Source: Antedon mediterranea (Eukaryota > Animalia > Echinodermata). From it: a DNA stretch of 64,000 nt. The position numbers and the translations under genes were made by a program. The notes under the pieces were generated by a model that was given only the letters and a program-made list of their open reading frames with translations, was not told the origin of the DNA and made no database searches. Each line of letters begins with the position of its first letter. The first letter of the stretch is position 1. Below are positions 48,301 to 60,366 of the stretch, one piece after another. The stretch covers positions 37,458,304 to 37,522,303 of the forward strand of contig NC_092671.1 of assembly GCF_964355755.1 (NCBI RefSeq), given 5' to 3'.

Positions 48301-51300
48301 TCCAAAACAGGGAAAGACAATTATGCAATTATGCTTTTTTTTCTTTCTGATGAGCAGAATGATTCTGTTAATAGCCATGACAGAGATTAAAATATTTCTT
48401 AAATTCTATACAAAAATCAAGAGAAAAAAAAAAATTAAGATATCAATAATTTTTTTATGTGTTATATTTCTTTTATTTAAGAACTATTACTGTTATTTAG
48501 TTTAATGTTTTTTTTTAGAAATTTGAGCATAATATTGTGTCTGTACATGAACATGATAAACTAAATCAGGTTAAGTTGTATGTTCTTGGACCGGAAAATG
48601 TTGGCAAGACTACCTTGATTGAGACTCTAAAAAAAGAGGTAAGACTAGTCCATGATATTAAAACATTACATTGAAATTATATACTGTATTTATAAATTCA
48701 ATTTATTCAAAAAGTTTTTAAAAAGTGGTGAGAAGGAAAGAGGAAGAAAAGCAATAAAATCCAAATCAAAAGAAATATTTTTATATAATTTATGTTTGCA
48801 ATATTCTGATAAATATTGGATTCTGTGGTACCTACTGTATTAAATAACACAGTATAATAATAATTATACATTCTTTGTTTTGTTAATTTATTTATTTTGT
48901 CTCTCTTGCAGCAATATTCATTTTGGAATATATTTCAGAATGGTAGTAATATCCAAACAAAACCTGGTATCAACATTCAAACTTGTAGCATTCCCCAAGC
49001 AGGCTTTTTTAGTGTCCGGAAATTTGGGAAAAAATACTTAACAGATCCACTGTTTACAGATGTCCATAGTTCTGTCATCCTTATTGCTTATAGAATTGTG
49101 ACAAACATTGAGAAGAGTCAATTTGTTTGTCCTCAGGTAATAGTTTTGCCTATATTTTATCAAATCATTGTTAACAATTGTCATTTATATCAGACTACAT
49201 ATACAGTCTTTCATTTGAAAAAAGATAGTGTATGTAAAAAGTGGAAAAAATAAAACTATGTTCACACAAAGCCTGGATTACACTCCAGTGGCCAGATTAA
49301 AAATCCTAAAAAATTTATGATACAACCTGTTCATACTAATGTATTCCTTATTCTATTCAAAACGTATTTGTGATATAACATAAATGGACCATAGCTTAGG
49401 CTGTGTTTGGATGTAAAATCAGTTTACATGTGTAACTGTGGAATACCCTTGAGAGCTAAACCAGTGATCGTTTCGGACGATGAAAAATGTACACATGTAA
49501 ACTAAAAAATTTACCCAGCAAAGGTCATATTTCGTGCATTTTTTTACACTAGTAAGGTCAAATTGCTCCTTATCTTGCTGTTAATCAGCTTGTGGTTAAG
49601 GTGTAATTGAACAATCCACCTCATGAGTTTGGTTTTTTAAACAGCTGGTTTATCTAAAAATTTACACAACACACGACCATTTCATATGTGTAAATTGTTT
49701 CGTCCGAACGGGCTCCTAGAGTTTTCTTTTGCCAGCAGACTGAATTTGGGCTAAGTCTGAACGTAGCTTAATGATGTATAGTAGGTCTATTTTACATGGA
49801 ATGAAACGTCAGATTCTCATTGGAATAATATGCTAGAAGCATTATTTCCATTTCTTATGTTAATAAATACTAAAAAATTAATAAAACATGAGATGTCCTT
49901 ACCATGTATTGTATGCATAAACATTCATAGTATAGTTACTAATCCAAATGTATCATTTGTTTTGAAATAAGATTCAAGATTGTTTACGGTTCATTATGAG
50001 GTCATCGACCAAGGGACCTAGAATCATTCTTGTTGCAACCCACTCTGATGAAGCAAAAAGTACTGATTGTAAGTAAAATGTGTGTTTATTAGTAGGGACT
50101 TTACGAAAAAGGACCAAAAGCCACAGGGCATTACTAATAAATAATTATAAAAAAATAATACAGTAGTATATAAATATAATAAAAAATAATCAGCTTTAAC
50201 AAAGTGGGTGGAGCTTTGCATGAAATTCTGACGTCTTAACTTTGTGAGGACGATAAAGTTGGCATTTTCCCATTTACGACTAGAAATATGGTACTGTACA
50301 TGTAGCCTTAAATACACAGTTCAAATTAAACTTGAAACTTGTAACGTATTAAATGAGCACATCGACGATCACGTTGTAAGAGGAATTTATTGAAGAACAA
50401 ACAAACTGAATACATAAGTATATAGAGAGCGCAGCCCATAAATATCTAACATCTTCTTTTCTCAGCTGAATTTGTTCAAAATGTTGATTAGTAACTTTAT
50501 ATCATTTAGATGCTTAAGATATCAGATTTGTTAAACTATGTACTGTTTCAATAAAGTTCTTCTACAGTATTATATATTTTAAAGTTCCATTTTATGATTA
50601 AATGTATATCTTGCAATTTGTTCTTTCTTTAGTCCTTTTGTTTAGTCTGGGTTCCAGACGGAGTTTTGTCTTAATATTAGTAAAAAGATAAATATTTTGG
50701 CACATATGGCGTTTCATACGTATACTACTTGATTTTTGGATATTCCGTCTGGGGAAACACGCACAAGTCACGTGGTTTGACACCAAGAATTCTTGGTGCA
50801 TACGATTATCCGGTTGACTAGTTTCAGCTGCATGCGATTGGCTACTCACTCGTACACCGTTTTAATATTCATATTTCAGAAGTTCAAAGACTCAACAACT
50901 AAGATGGTGTTACGTTTAGACAACGTGTACTTGGTACATTGATGAAAGTTTCTGAAGGCTAGAAATGATTTTATATGCCTAGTAGTTTGGTAAACATTTG
51001 ATGGGATTTTTCCCAAGAACATGAAAACTCGTCTTGATAAGATAGGCTAGCTTCTCCGCAAATCAAACATTGAATATGGATCATTTATTACGCGGAGATA
51101 ATTTGATTTAATTCCCACCAGACCCTGTCCTGTTCTGTGTAGTGGTGTAGCTTTGTTGTGTGCCGGTGGCATGTAGGCCTACTGCCTACTTTATTGGCGT
51201 TTTATTTGGCAGGTCATACGTGCGAGTTGAGTAGGACCTACGAAAGAGGCCTAGGCCAATGACTAAACAATTAATAACAAAAAACAACTTGGAAACACGA

Positions 51301-54300
51301 TTTTATCAACAGTCTCGACCGTACATTCAGCACTGTACGTACTCGATCTTTTTCATTTTGAAACAAGATGATCATTGGTTGATTCGAAATCCATATTTAC
51401 ATACCGCCCGCCCCATATAGCCAAATACGGTATGATCACCTACGTCATTCTTACCGGATGTTTGCAGTCTACAAATCGATTTCTATACGCGTTTCACAAG
51501 TCTGTATTTTCAGACAAAAATCGCGGTCGAAATAAAAACAAATAAATAAAAAAAAAAAGACAATAAATACAGACTTGGGGCAAGTCTACCTTTTGTTATG
51601 TTTTAGAGTTCTTTTTTTTTTCTTTTTTTTTTTAAAACAAAATATTTACAGGTCCAACCGATTAGGTGGTTCGTTGGTATCAGGTTTAGCATTGGTTGGT
51701 GTTTTCTGTTTGGGAATGGTTGTTTCCGTTGATGAATGTTTGGTCTTGGTGGTTGTTGGATGGGTGTTATAATCATATGTGAGATCTGGTTCAAAGTATC
51801 TGTTTGCTGCACTTGTTGCTGTTTTAAGATCTTTTCTGTTTCTGCGATATTTCTTTCCATTGTGTTCTACTACATAAGATCCTGGTGTATTGTGATGTTC
51901 AATTACTGTTGCTGGTTGCCATTGTTTTGATCCTGGCAGGGGTGTCATTCTTACTGAATCTCCTGGTGCCAAAGCTGGGAGTGAGTTGCCATGTTTTTGA
52001 TCATAGTAGTGTTTCTGTTTGCTCTGGTCTGCTTGAAATCGTTGCTTGATGTCTGTTGTATCATATGACTTTGGCTGTAGTAGTGTTTTGGCTGTAGGAA
52101 GCAGGTTTCGTGGTCTTCGTCCCATTAGTAATTGAGCGGGTGATAATTTACAGCTTGCTAGTGGTGTTGTTCTGTAATCTAGCAAGGCTAGATTTTTGTC
52201 ATTGCTTTTCTTCCATAGTCGTTTTACTGTCTGTACAGCTCTCTCTACCTCACCGTTTGATTGTGGGCAGTATGGTGAAGAAGTGCTGTGCTGTATATCG
52301 TAGTCTTTGCAGAATTTGGTAAACTCTGCTGATGAGTAGTTTTCGGGTATCCCGTGCCGACTGAATTGTTTTCTTTAAGAATTGATTATATTTTTTTTAT
52401 TTATTTATTTAATCACACTCTTGGAGCTATCAGTTTTCTGCAAATGTTCTACTTCGATGTACTTTGAGTAGTAATCAATGGTTATTACGTAGTCTTGTCG
52501 TTCAAACTCAAAGAGGTCACTTGCTACTTCATTCCATGGTAATTCTGGTAGTTAGTTAACGTATTAAATGAGCACATTGACGATCACGTTGTAAGAGGAA
52601 TTTATTGACAAACAAACAGACTGAATACATAAGTATATAGAGAGCGCAGCCCATAAATATCTAACAAAACTCTAAATAACATTTGAACTTTTAATTTAAT
52701 TGTTTAACAAAATACATTTGTATTGTTTTAAAATTGCTGTGTTAAAAGCAATACATTTTACACAGCGTTTGAATACAAGACCTCTAGCTAGGAAGGCTAG
52801 GCCTATGCTGTATCACCATAGGCATGTCGAACACAGGATATCTGTCGTCCTTCCCCCTACCGTCGTGTTTCTTAAAACCCCTAATGAATCTTTAAAGTGG
52901 AGCAGTTACCAAAATGTAGCAAATAAAGTTTAGAAATTATCAATACTAAATTCACCTTTTTCTACTATTTGTACTTGTATATTATGTACCGTACTACTGC
53001 AATCTAATTTGTTGTGTCTACCCATATAATATACTACTAGAATAAATTATACAATATACAAGACACTAAAAAACAATACACACTTCAAACATCATTGGAC
53101 CAACACAAAATGCTTAGTTTTAGGTCTGAATCTCAGAATAGTAAAACAAAATTCACCTTTCATGACAGTTTCTTGTAATTTCCCATTAGTAGTATATAAT
53201 CTGGTCAACACCACTATGTTCAACATTAACAATTGATTATTAGACATAATCCTTTGCGTACAGTATAACCATGGACCTAGAAAATATTGGTATGTTATTA
53301 TTTGAATCAACAGTTGCTAGAGAAAAGGCAGAACAAATTTTGAAACGGATGAAAGAACAATTCAAGGATTTGTATATTGTAGATGTGGTCATAGCTGTTG
53401 ATGCCAGAAACAAGAATGGAGTGGGCTTATTGAGGAAGACTCTAAGAGCCCAGAGAAATTCTCTTTTGGGTGAGGTAAGTAAACATTCTTCTGAAACTAA
53501 AGCTCTGTCTCTGTCACTATCAAACTAGTTTGACAAAAAAAGTGTGATGTGCCCAAATATGGTAGTGAAATTCCCAAATATGGTAGTTATATGACAGCAT
53601 CATGTCCATATATGGGCACAGCATATTGTTTTGTCACATAAAGTTTGATAGTGTAGACAGGGATTTACAGATAATACAAGTGATTGTATATAACAAACAT
53701 TCCATTATTAATGGTGATTGTAAAATGCATGTGAGGGATTTAAGTTCAAAGGTCTTTCTGAAGGTACAGTAGTATGTCCATTCATGTTTATGAAAGTTTG
53801 TCAATAATGCTTAATAATTATGAAGTGTAACCCAAAATTATAAGAAATAATGTTTTCAAAAAGGCTTAATAATAATAATATAATAATAACTTTATTTAAA
53901 AACGGATGTAACACTTGGATCACCAGATTGGTGTTTTTCACAAGGCCGTTACTTACTATAAAACTACTTTACACATGTTATCATTTACAGTAAATATGAT
54001 TAAAAAACTATACAAAAAATGATTTCATGAAAAACATAGAGTTTCAAGTATATCTTATCTTTGGTCATTTATTATTTTTTTTAATAGATGTATATTAGGA
54101 GCTGTAATTGCATTTGAGTTTATAGCATTTAAACTATTTCATAGCTTTCTGATTCAATTTTTATCTCATTTGAGATTCATCTACTTTTATACCCGCAGGC
54201 GTAATATTTCTTTTTCAGTAAAAGTGATTTTCTGTTTTCAATATTAATCTATAGAAGGAAGGCCATGTACCAGAAGCATGTGAAGAAGTCTCAAAATATT

Positions 54301-55990
54301 TGGCAATGTGTAAAGACAAGTTTCCCGTCAAGTCATTGACAGAGTTCTACGACTTGATCAGGACGGAGGTCAATCGCAAAATAAAGAAGAAACATTTACA
54401 TAAAGCCAAAGATTATCTACTCAAAACTGGTCAGGTAATTACTTAAAATATCGGTATGTGTATTAAATGTGTATATAAAAAACTAATTTGTCTAAAGTTT
54501 ATCAAAAACACTAGACCTACCATTTTTGACGCAATGCTTTAGCTAAGTAGCTCCCGTCAAATTTCGTCTCATGGACGGTCTTTTTTGTAGGCCTAGCTGG
54601 TAAATATCGTATGCTAGCTATTGGCCTAGCATGACGTCTTGTTGCTAAATTGTCTTTCCTTTTTAGGAAGAATTCAACTAAATTTGTAAAGATATATTTA
54701 TTCTGTCTGATGTCTTCATATATAAACAATTAATATAACTTTTTACAGATCTGTGTTCTGAAAGATGATCAAGTTGTTCTTTCACCTGAATGGCTGTTCA
54801 ATAAATTATTGGAGCGTCTTCTGGCACCAGATCCTAAGATTCAAAGGGCAGAGGAAGACATATACACAAAACATGAGATATATGAACTGTTTCAGGACAT
54901 CGTGACTAACACAGATGAAGTGATTAAATTGCTTGTGAATTTGGAATTCTGCTTTAAGATCAAGAAAGATGATGAAGAACATGTTAAAGTGTTGATTCCT
55001 TGTAAGCTGCCAGCAAAAATGCCGTCAGATGTGTGGAAGCCATCAATGAAAAGTTCTGAAACAGAAATTGTATCTTACAGTAGAAGAATATCTTGTGAAA
55101 ATACGTTCCTTGACAGATTCCCAAGCAGTTTCTTCCCAAAAGTTCAAACTTTTCTGGTAGTTACGTCTGAGACGAGTGGGAGGAAATTGAAATTGTGGAG
55201 AAATGGACTGAAAGGAAGCGATGAAAAGGTAGACTTTATTATCCAGATGTCTCCCAGTCTACAAGCAGTGACCATTTCTGTGCAGGTCACTCTCAAGCTT
55301 GTTTGCAAATTTCAGATTGTAAATCAACAACTCCTTGAGAAATGTCACAAAGTTCTTCTTAGATTAATCAATCAGGTGAATGATATCAAAGCTAAGACTT
55401 GTCCAGAAACATACACATGCCTAGAATATGTAAGTGGTAAATGCCTTAAGGAATGTGAAGATCCGAGTGAAATCACAGAAGTTTATTCACAAGATGAGTT
55501 GATAAAAGCAGAAGAGAATAACAATGGTTTGGTAAGCAAGAGTTCTATTCAAGATCGAGTTGATGACATTCTTATTAGGGGTTGCAGCCGTGAAGTCCTT
55601 GACAAGCTTAAATGGGAGAGTAGTGTTAAGTGGATTCCAACAGACATCCTGATAGGTGTTGCAACAAAAATTGACCAATACCTGCCAGACGGACATGACT
55701 ACCGAGCATTTGCTGCAGCTATTGACTTGGATGAAAAGTGCAGGTCTTTTGAGGGCAAATGTGAAAGTACTACAATAGCTCTTCTGGATGAATGGTGTAA
55801 GATAGATAAGAAATCTACAATTAAGAATTTGAAGAAAATATTAGAAAGAAAACCTATTGTTGATGGATTATCTAAGAATCGGGGAGATGTGGCAGAAGTA
55901 CTTTATAGGATATTCCCACGGAGACCTCAAGTTCCAGTTAAACAAAATGGTGAGCACAATCCACTTTGTAACGGAAAACCCCAGAATTGA
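45359..55990 (+). CDS. Kinase-less DAPK-like ROCO protein: ~6-7 ankyrin repeats, ROC, COR and a C-terminal death domain; 14 coding exons, ~927 aa
   Basis: Exons 45359-45372, 45584-45713, 45806-45913, 46133-46231, 46600-46704, 46982-47083, 47717-47842, 48173-48247, 48519-48638, 48912-49136, 49972-50068, 53314-53474, 54255-54434, 54749-55990 (2784 nt). ANK: TPLHCAA..LLREGADPN. P-loop VKLYVLGPENVGKTTL. G4 IILVATHSD. COR: VVLSPEWLFNKLLERLLAP, FFPKVQ..LWRNG. Death domain: DGHDYRAFA..TIALLDEW..STIKNL..RGDVAEVL. Confidence 0.88.
47160..47494. mobile_element. Harbinger-like MITE (other family) in a ROCO intron
   Basis: Long imperfect TIRs GCCTGTTCAGACCTACAGAGTTATGCTTTCGTAT / ATACGAAAGCATAACTCCATGGATCTGAACATACC. 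Further TIR elements at ~22018-22205, 34280-34455 and 49255-49770. Confidence 0.6.
50340..52666 (-). mobile_element. Internally deleted Gypsy (Mag-like) LTR retrotransposon in ROCO intron 11
   Basis: ~112-bp LTRs at 50340-50451 and 52557-52666, 5-bp TSD AAACT on both sides, and a polypurine tract (GAGAAAAGAAGA on the minus strand) next to the 3' LTR. Degenerate integrase: PELPWNEVASDLFEF..YVITIDYYSKYIEV, SSPYCPQSNGEVERAVQT, LDYRTTPL..SPAQLLMGR, YRRNRKDL. gag and RT are missing. Confidence 0.92.
50643..51588 (+). mobile_element. Academ(H)-like non-autonomous DNA transposon nested in the LTR element
   Basis: 9-bp TSD CCTTTTGTT (50634-50642, 51589-51597). TAG...CTA termini, each folding into its own hairpin: GTCTGG-GTT-CCAGAC and AGACTTG-GGG-CAAGTCT. 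Confidence 0.78.
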
Positions 55991-56578
55991 TTATATTTTT
56001 TTAATTTATTTATTTAATCACACTCTTGTTTACAAGACCAGCCAATTATGGCTTATGAGTGAACAAATATTTAATATAACAATTAAAATAGACACAGATA
56101 AAAACATCAAACAAAATAACAAGTTTTAATAGTCTTACAACACCAAATAAATTAGGACCAAACAAGCAAAGGATTCAACATTTATATATATAAAAGTATT
56201 TCTTCTGAGATCCCGGTTCGTGAATAGATACTGAAAGATGAGGGTGTATCAATTTGATCTCTGGTGCGCGTGCGTACAATTGAGGGACTTGTGCTATTTC
56301 GTCATACCACGCCAAGAGTGTTAAAGAGTCGCTATCCAATCGGGTTTGAACAATACCATGAAAGCCCCAGTGGTCTAATGACAAGGAAATGTGCATATCA
56401 AGCAGAAGGTTGTGGGTCTGAATCTCGGTTGGGTGAGATTCGCACAGATTTCCTCCTATAGTTTCAAATTAATTAATAAATTGTCAGTGAGAAATCTACA
56501 ATTTAAATGTATTCTCTAAAGTGCTTGAAAAATTATATTGCAAAAAAACACATTTTGACACTCTCAATTTGGATTCAG

Positions 56579-58753
56579 ACAACACCACTCCACCAAACAT
56601 GCAATCGCAAAAGTGTAAACGATATTACTTCAGCACTCGAAGTAACTAGCTATATGTTGAGCATGGAGATATAAAATTGTAGAGGTGAAAATAACGTGTT
56701 TAGGAGTGGTAATAAAAGTAATAAGACATGAGCTTTCCCACCAGATATTTGGTAATGCCTTTGTTATGTACTGTGTGCTATCATGCTACCATGTTTGAAC
56801 AAATTTCAGTTCATGGGTTCCTTAAAATTTACACTCCTTTTTTCAAAAACTTTCAACAGCTAAACCAACATCACAAGCAACACCACTGATAAGTACAGGT
56901 AAGTTTAATTAGCAATACATTACTACTATTTAGTATAATATTAGAATATTTATTTTTTATCTTGCCTACAGTACAATGAAATACCAATTTTAGTTCATAG
57001 ATTCCTTAAACATTATGAGTCTTATACACTCTTGTTTTTAAAGGAAAAGATTCAAATCCTAAACCAACATCACAAGCAACACCACTGATAAGTACAGGTA
57101 AGTTTAATAGCAATACATTACTACTATTTAGTATAATATTAAAATATTTATTTCTTATCTTGCCTACAGTACAATGAAATACCAATTTCAGTTCATAGAT
57201 TCCTTATAAACATTATGAGTCTTATACACTCTTGTTTTTAAAGGAAAAGATTCAAATCCTAAACCAACATCACAAGCAACACCACTGATAAGTACAGGTA
57301 AGTTTAATAGCATGCCTTTGTTATGTACTGTGTGCTATCATGCTACCATGTTTGAACAAATTTCAGTTCATGGGTTCCTTAAAATTTACACTCCTTTTTT
57401 CACAAACTTTCAACAGCTAAACCAACATCACAAGCAACACCACTGATAAGTACAGGTAAGTTTAATTAGCAATACATTACTACTATTTAGTATAATATTA
57501 GAATATTTATTTTTTATCTTGCCTACAGTACAATGAAATACCAATTTTAGTTCATAGATTCCTTAAACATTATGAGTCTTATACACTCTTGTTTTTAAAG
57601 GAAAAGATTCAAATCCTAAACCAACATCACAAGCAACACCACTGATAAGTACAGGTAAGTTTAATAGCAATACATTACTACTATTTAGTATAATATTAAA
57701 ATATTTATTTCTTATCTTGCCTACAGTACAATGAAATACCAATTTCAGTTCATAGATTCCTTATAAACATTATGAGTCTTATACACTCTTGTTTTTAAAG
57801 GAAAAGATTCAAATCCTAAACCAACATCACAAGCAACACCACTGATAAGTACAGGTAAGTTTAATAGCAATACATTACTACTATTTAGTATAATATTAGA
57901 ATATTTATTTCTTATCTTGCCTAGAGTACAATGAAATACCAATTTCAGTTCATAGGTTCCTTAAACATTATGAGATGTATACACTTTTTTTTTAAAGGAA
58001 AACTTTCAACAACTAAACCATTGTCAAGTACAGGTAAGTTTAATTAGTGGACGGCCTACACCATTATTTCATAATGATAATATAAGAATGCTTATTTAAT
58101 CCAACCTACAGTATACAATAAGTTACAATCTCAGATAAATGATTGGGTCAGTAGTAGACTATTCTTTATACCTGTGTAGTACATTTATATTTTTAATTAT
58201 GTTGTATGTAAAATAATTTGTTATATCTAAAGGATATTCTACAAAACACTTTAGAAAGTTCATTGTTGATGCTAATTTATTCTGGAAAAAACATGGAAAT
58301 GTTAATCAACTGAAATTATTGCTAAATGAGTTCCAAAGCAAAACAACCTTAATTTAAAATTGAGAACGGAAAAGATGCATATGGTCTGTTCCAGCTACTT
58401 TTTGGCCCACCGAAAGTGATGTGACTGTTCTTATTGAAGCTGTCTATTTGTGTGGTTTAGATGGCTTTGAACAAAAGCGGTACCATCATTTGTAGGATTC
58501 AAAGATAAATCCAATAAATTCAAGATTTGTGAATTCTCAAAGCGCCAACATTTAATTACATTTTGTTCTGAAATGAGCAATGACATAATGGAGTGGAGTG
58601 GATTAAACAGTTGTACCGTGTTAGGGAATTGATCTTTCAAATTGAAAGATTGGGTGAATTACAATCCTTAGCTAATTATCTTAAAGAAGATAAGGAAAAG
58701 GAGTACATGTATAACGTCTTATTTTTCCAGTCAGTAAATTTTGTGCCAGTGTA
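56579..58753 (+). pseudogene. Decayed ankyrin-like exon, 7 intact Ser/Thr/Pro-rich microexons and a frameshifted DED-like exon
   Basis: Ankyrin-like relic 56579-56751 (TTPLHQTC..., ends at a phase-1 donor). Microexons 56860-56898, 57044-57097, 57244-57297, 57417-57455, 57601-57654, 57801-57854 and 57998-58033. Terminal exon from 58233 reads GYSTKHFRKFIVDANLFWKKHGNVNQLKLLL..., with a stop at 58355-58357 and coding-like continuation in shifted frames. Confidence 0.55.
56755..58050. repeat. Higher-order tandem repeat: ~200-bp monomers inside a recent 557-bp duplication
   Basis: AAACCAACATCACAAGCAACACCACTGATAAGTACAGGTAAGT recurs at spacings 199/200/158/199/200. 56755-57311 is nearly identical to 57312-57868. 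Confidence 0.92.
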
Positions 58754-59289
58754 ACAAGATGATACACATTGAACAACGGTACTATTATGATATTATGGCC
58801 TTATTGTACAAGATTCTTTTGGCTAGTCATATGTTAAACGTTGTATACAAGATTACTGTACTCCCCAAAACAAATTTCTAGAAGCCTCTTTTCCTTTTTA
58901 TATATATTTTTCAAAAGTTGGAATTTCAGCCAACTTTCCCTCCCTCTCTCACTTTAAATTTGCTTTTAGTTCCAGCCGATGATGTATTATACGTATAATA
59001 TTGTTTTTTTTAACACCTTGATAAAACAAAAATGCCAATTTTTTTCATTACTGCTTGATAATTCCATTTATTCAATACAAAGGAACATTTTGAAAGTACT
59101 GTACAGTAAGAGTTTATGAAAGTACATATTCTGAACAATGAAATACACATTTTGTCAAAATTTAAAACTGAAATGACACAGCAGATGGGTACTTAATTCA
59201 AGTTGATATTGGACTTTTATTTAAACTGTAATAGTCATGGCTAATTAAACCATAATTTTGAAGTGATACACATTTTGTTGATGGTCTTT

Positions 59290-59500
59290 AAAAACCACAG
59301 TTTAGTATTTGAGTTTGGAAACATGTTGAACGTTTTGCAATTTTTAAAGTAGTTTATATCAGCTGCTGCTTTTACAGATTTTTTTTCTAGAGCTTTGGAT
59401 AAAGATATTATACTAGACCACCGAAGACCATATTTCATTGCACTGATAATGTTGTTCGGCGTAACAACGAAATATTTTGTTATCAAATTCAAGTTTGTTT
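59290..59500 (-). mobile_element. Possible Penelope-like element N-terminal fragment
   Basis: KYG...KALEKKSVKAAADINYFKNCKTFNMFP resembles the N-terminal motif of Penelope-type ORFs (recalled). Short and degenerate. Confidence 0.35.
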
Positions 59501-59609
59501 TAATTGTATTTACTCTAGTAGCTAGATCAACTTTCGTATGCACTTTGAGGTCCAGACAATTTGACTTCAGAAATTTGTTTAGGGTGGTCGTCAAACAATC
59601 AATTTTGGC

Positions 59610-60235
59610 TTGGTTACACATTTTGAAAATGTGGCAAAAGGTCAGGGTGAAAGGTTATAATACCAAACACCAATAGGTCCTTAAATCTCGACAACCACTG
59701 GTCACAGCAAGGTAATTTTGGTCTCAAATTGATCAGAAGGTATACATTTATATTCAGTCTAATGGGACATTTAAAAAATGATCGGAAATGCCATTTCTGA
59801 CCTTTGACCCACACCCCATGGCATGTATGTATCTTTGTAACTACTGGTTGTAGACACTTGAATTTGGTCTTAAATTGTTCGAAATATACATTTTGTTATT
59901 TGTTACACATTTTTTTAAATGTTACAAAAGGTCAAAGGGTCAGGGTCAAGGGTTATATGAAGAAATATAAATAGGTACTTGTATCTCGGCAACCACTGGT
60001 CGCAGCAAGTCAATTTTGGTCTCAAAATGTTCAGAAGGCATGCATTCATATTCAGTCTTGGGGAATTTTAGTCAAAAATGATCAGAAATTCCATTTCCGA
60101 CCTTTGACCCACATACAAGGGCATTTTCATGTCTCTCTAAGTACTGGTCGTAGAAACTAAATTTTGTATCAAATTGTTTGAAATATACATATTTACATTC
60201 ATTCTAATATAAAATTTGGTTAAGAGATGACCAGA
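59610..60235. repeat. ~290-bp tandem duplication rich in GGTCA/TGACC motifs (Helentron/HINE-like internal repeat)
   Basis: GTTACACATTTT...AAAAGGTCA..CAACCACTGGTC.CAGCAAG..AATTTTGGTCTCAAA..TCAGAAGG..CCATTTC.GACCTTTGACCCAC occurs at ~59613 and ~59902. Confidence 0.7.
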
Positions 60236-60366
60236 AATACTATAAATTACTAACGTGATTGTTTCAAACAAAAAACATATCTCTACACAACTTATCCTTG
60301 GACAGTATGTTATGCAATAACTTATGCTTTAAATTGTTTCATTATAGGATTTAAAACAAATCCTTT

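Noticed and set aside
56363-56436. tRNA-like sequence, and a similar one at 28262-28330
   Set aside because: A- and B-box-like remnants only. The T-loop and stems are degenerate, consistent with a SINE head and not a tRNA gene.
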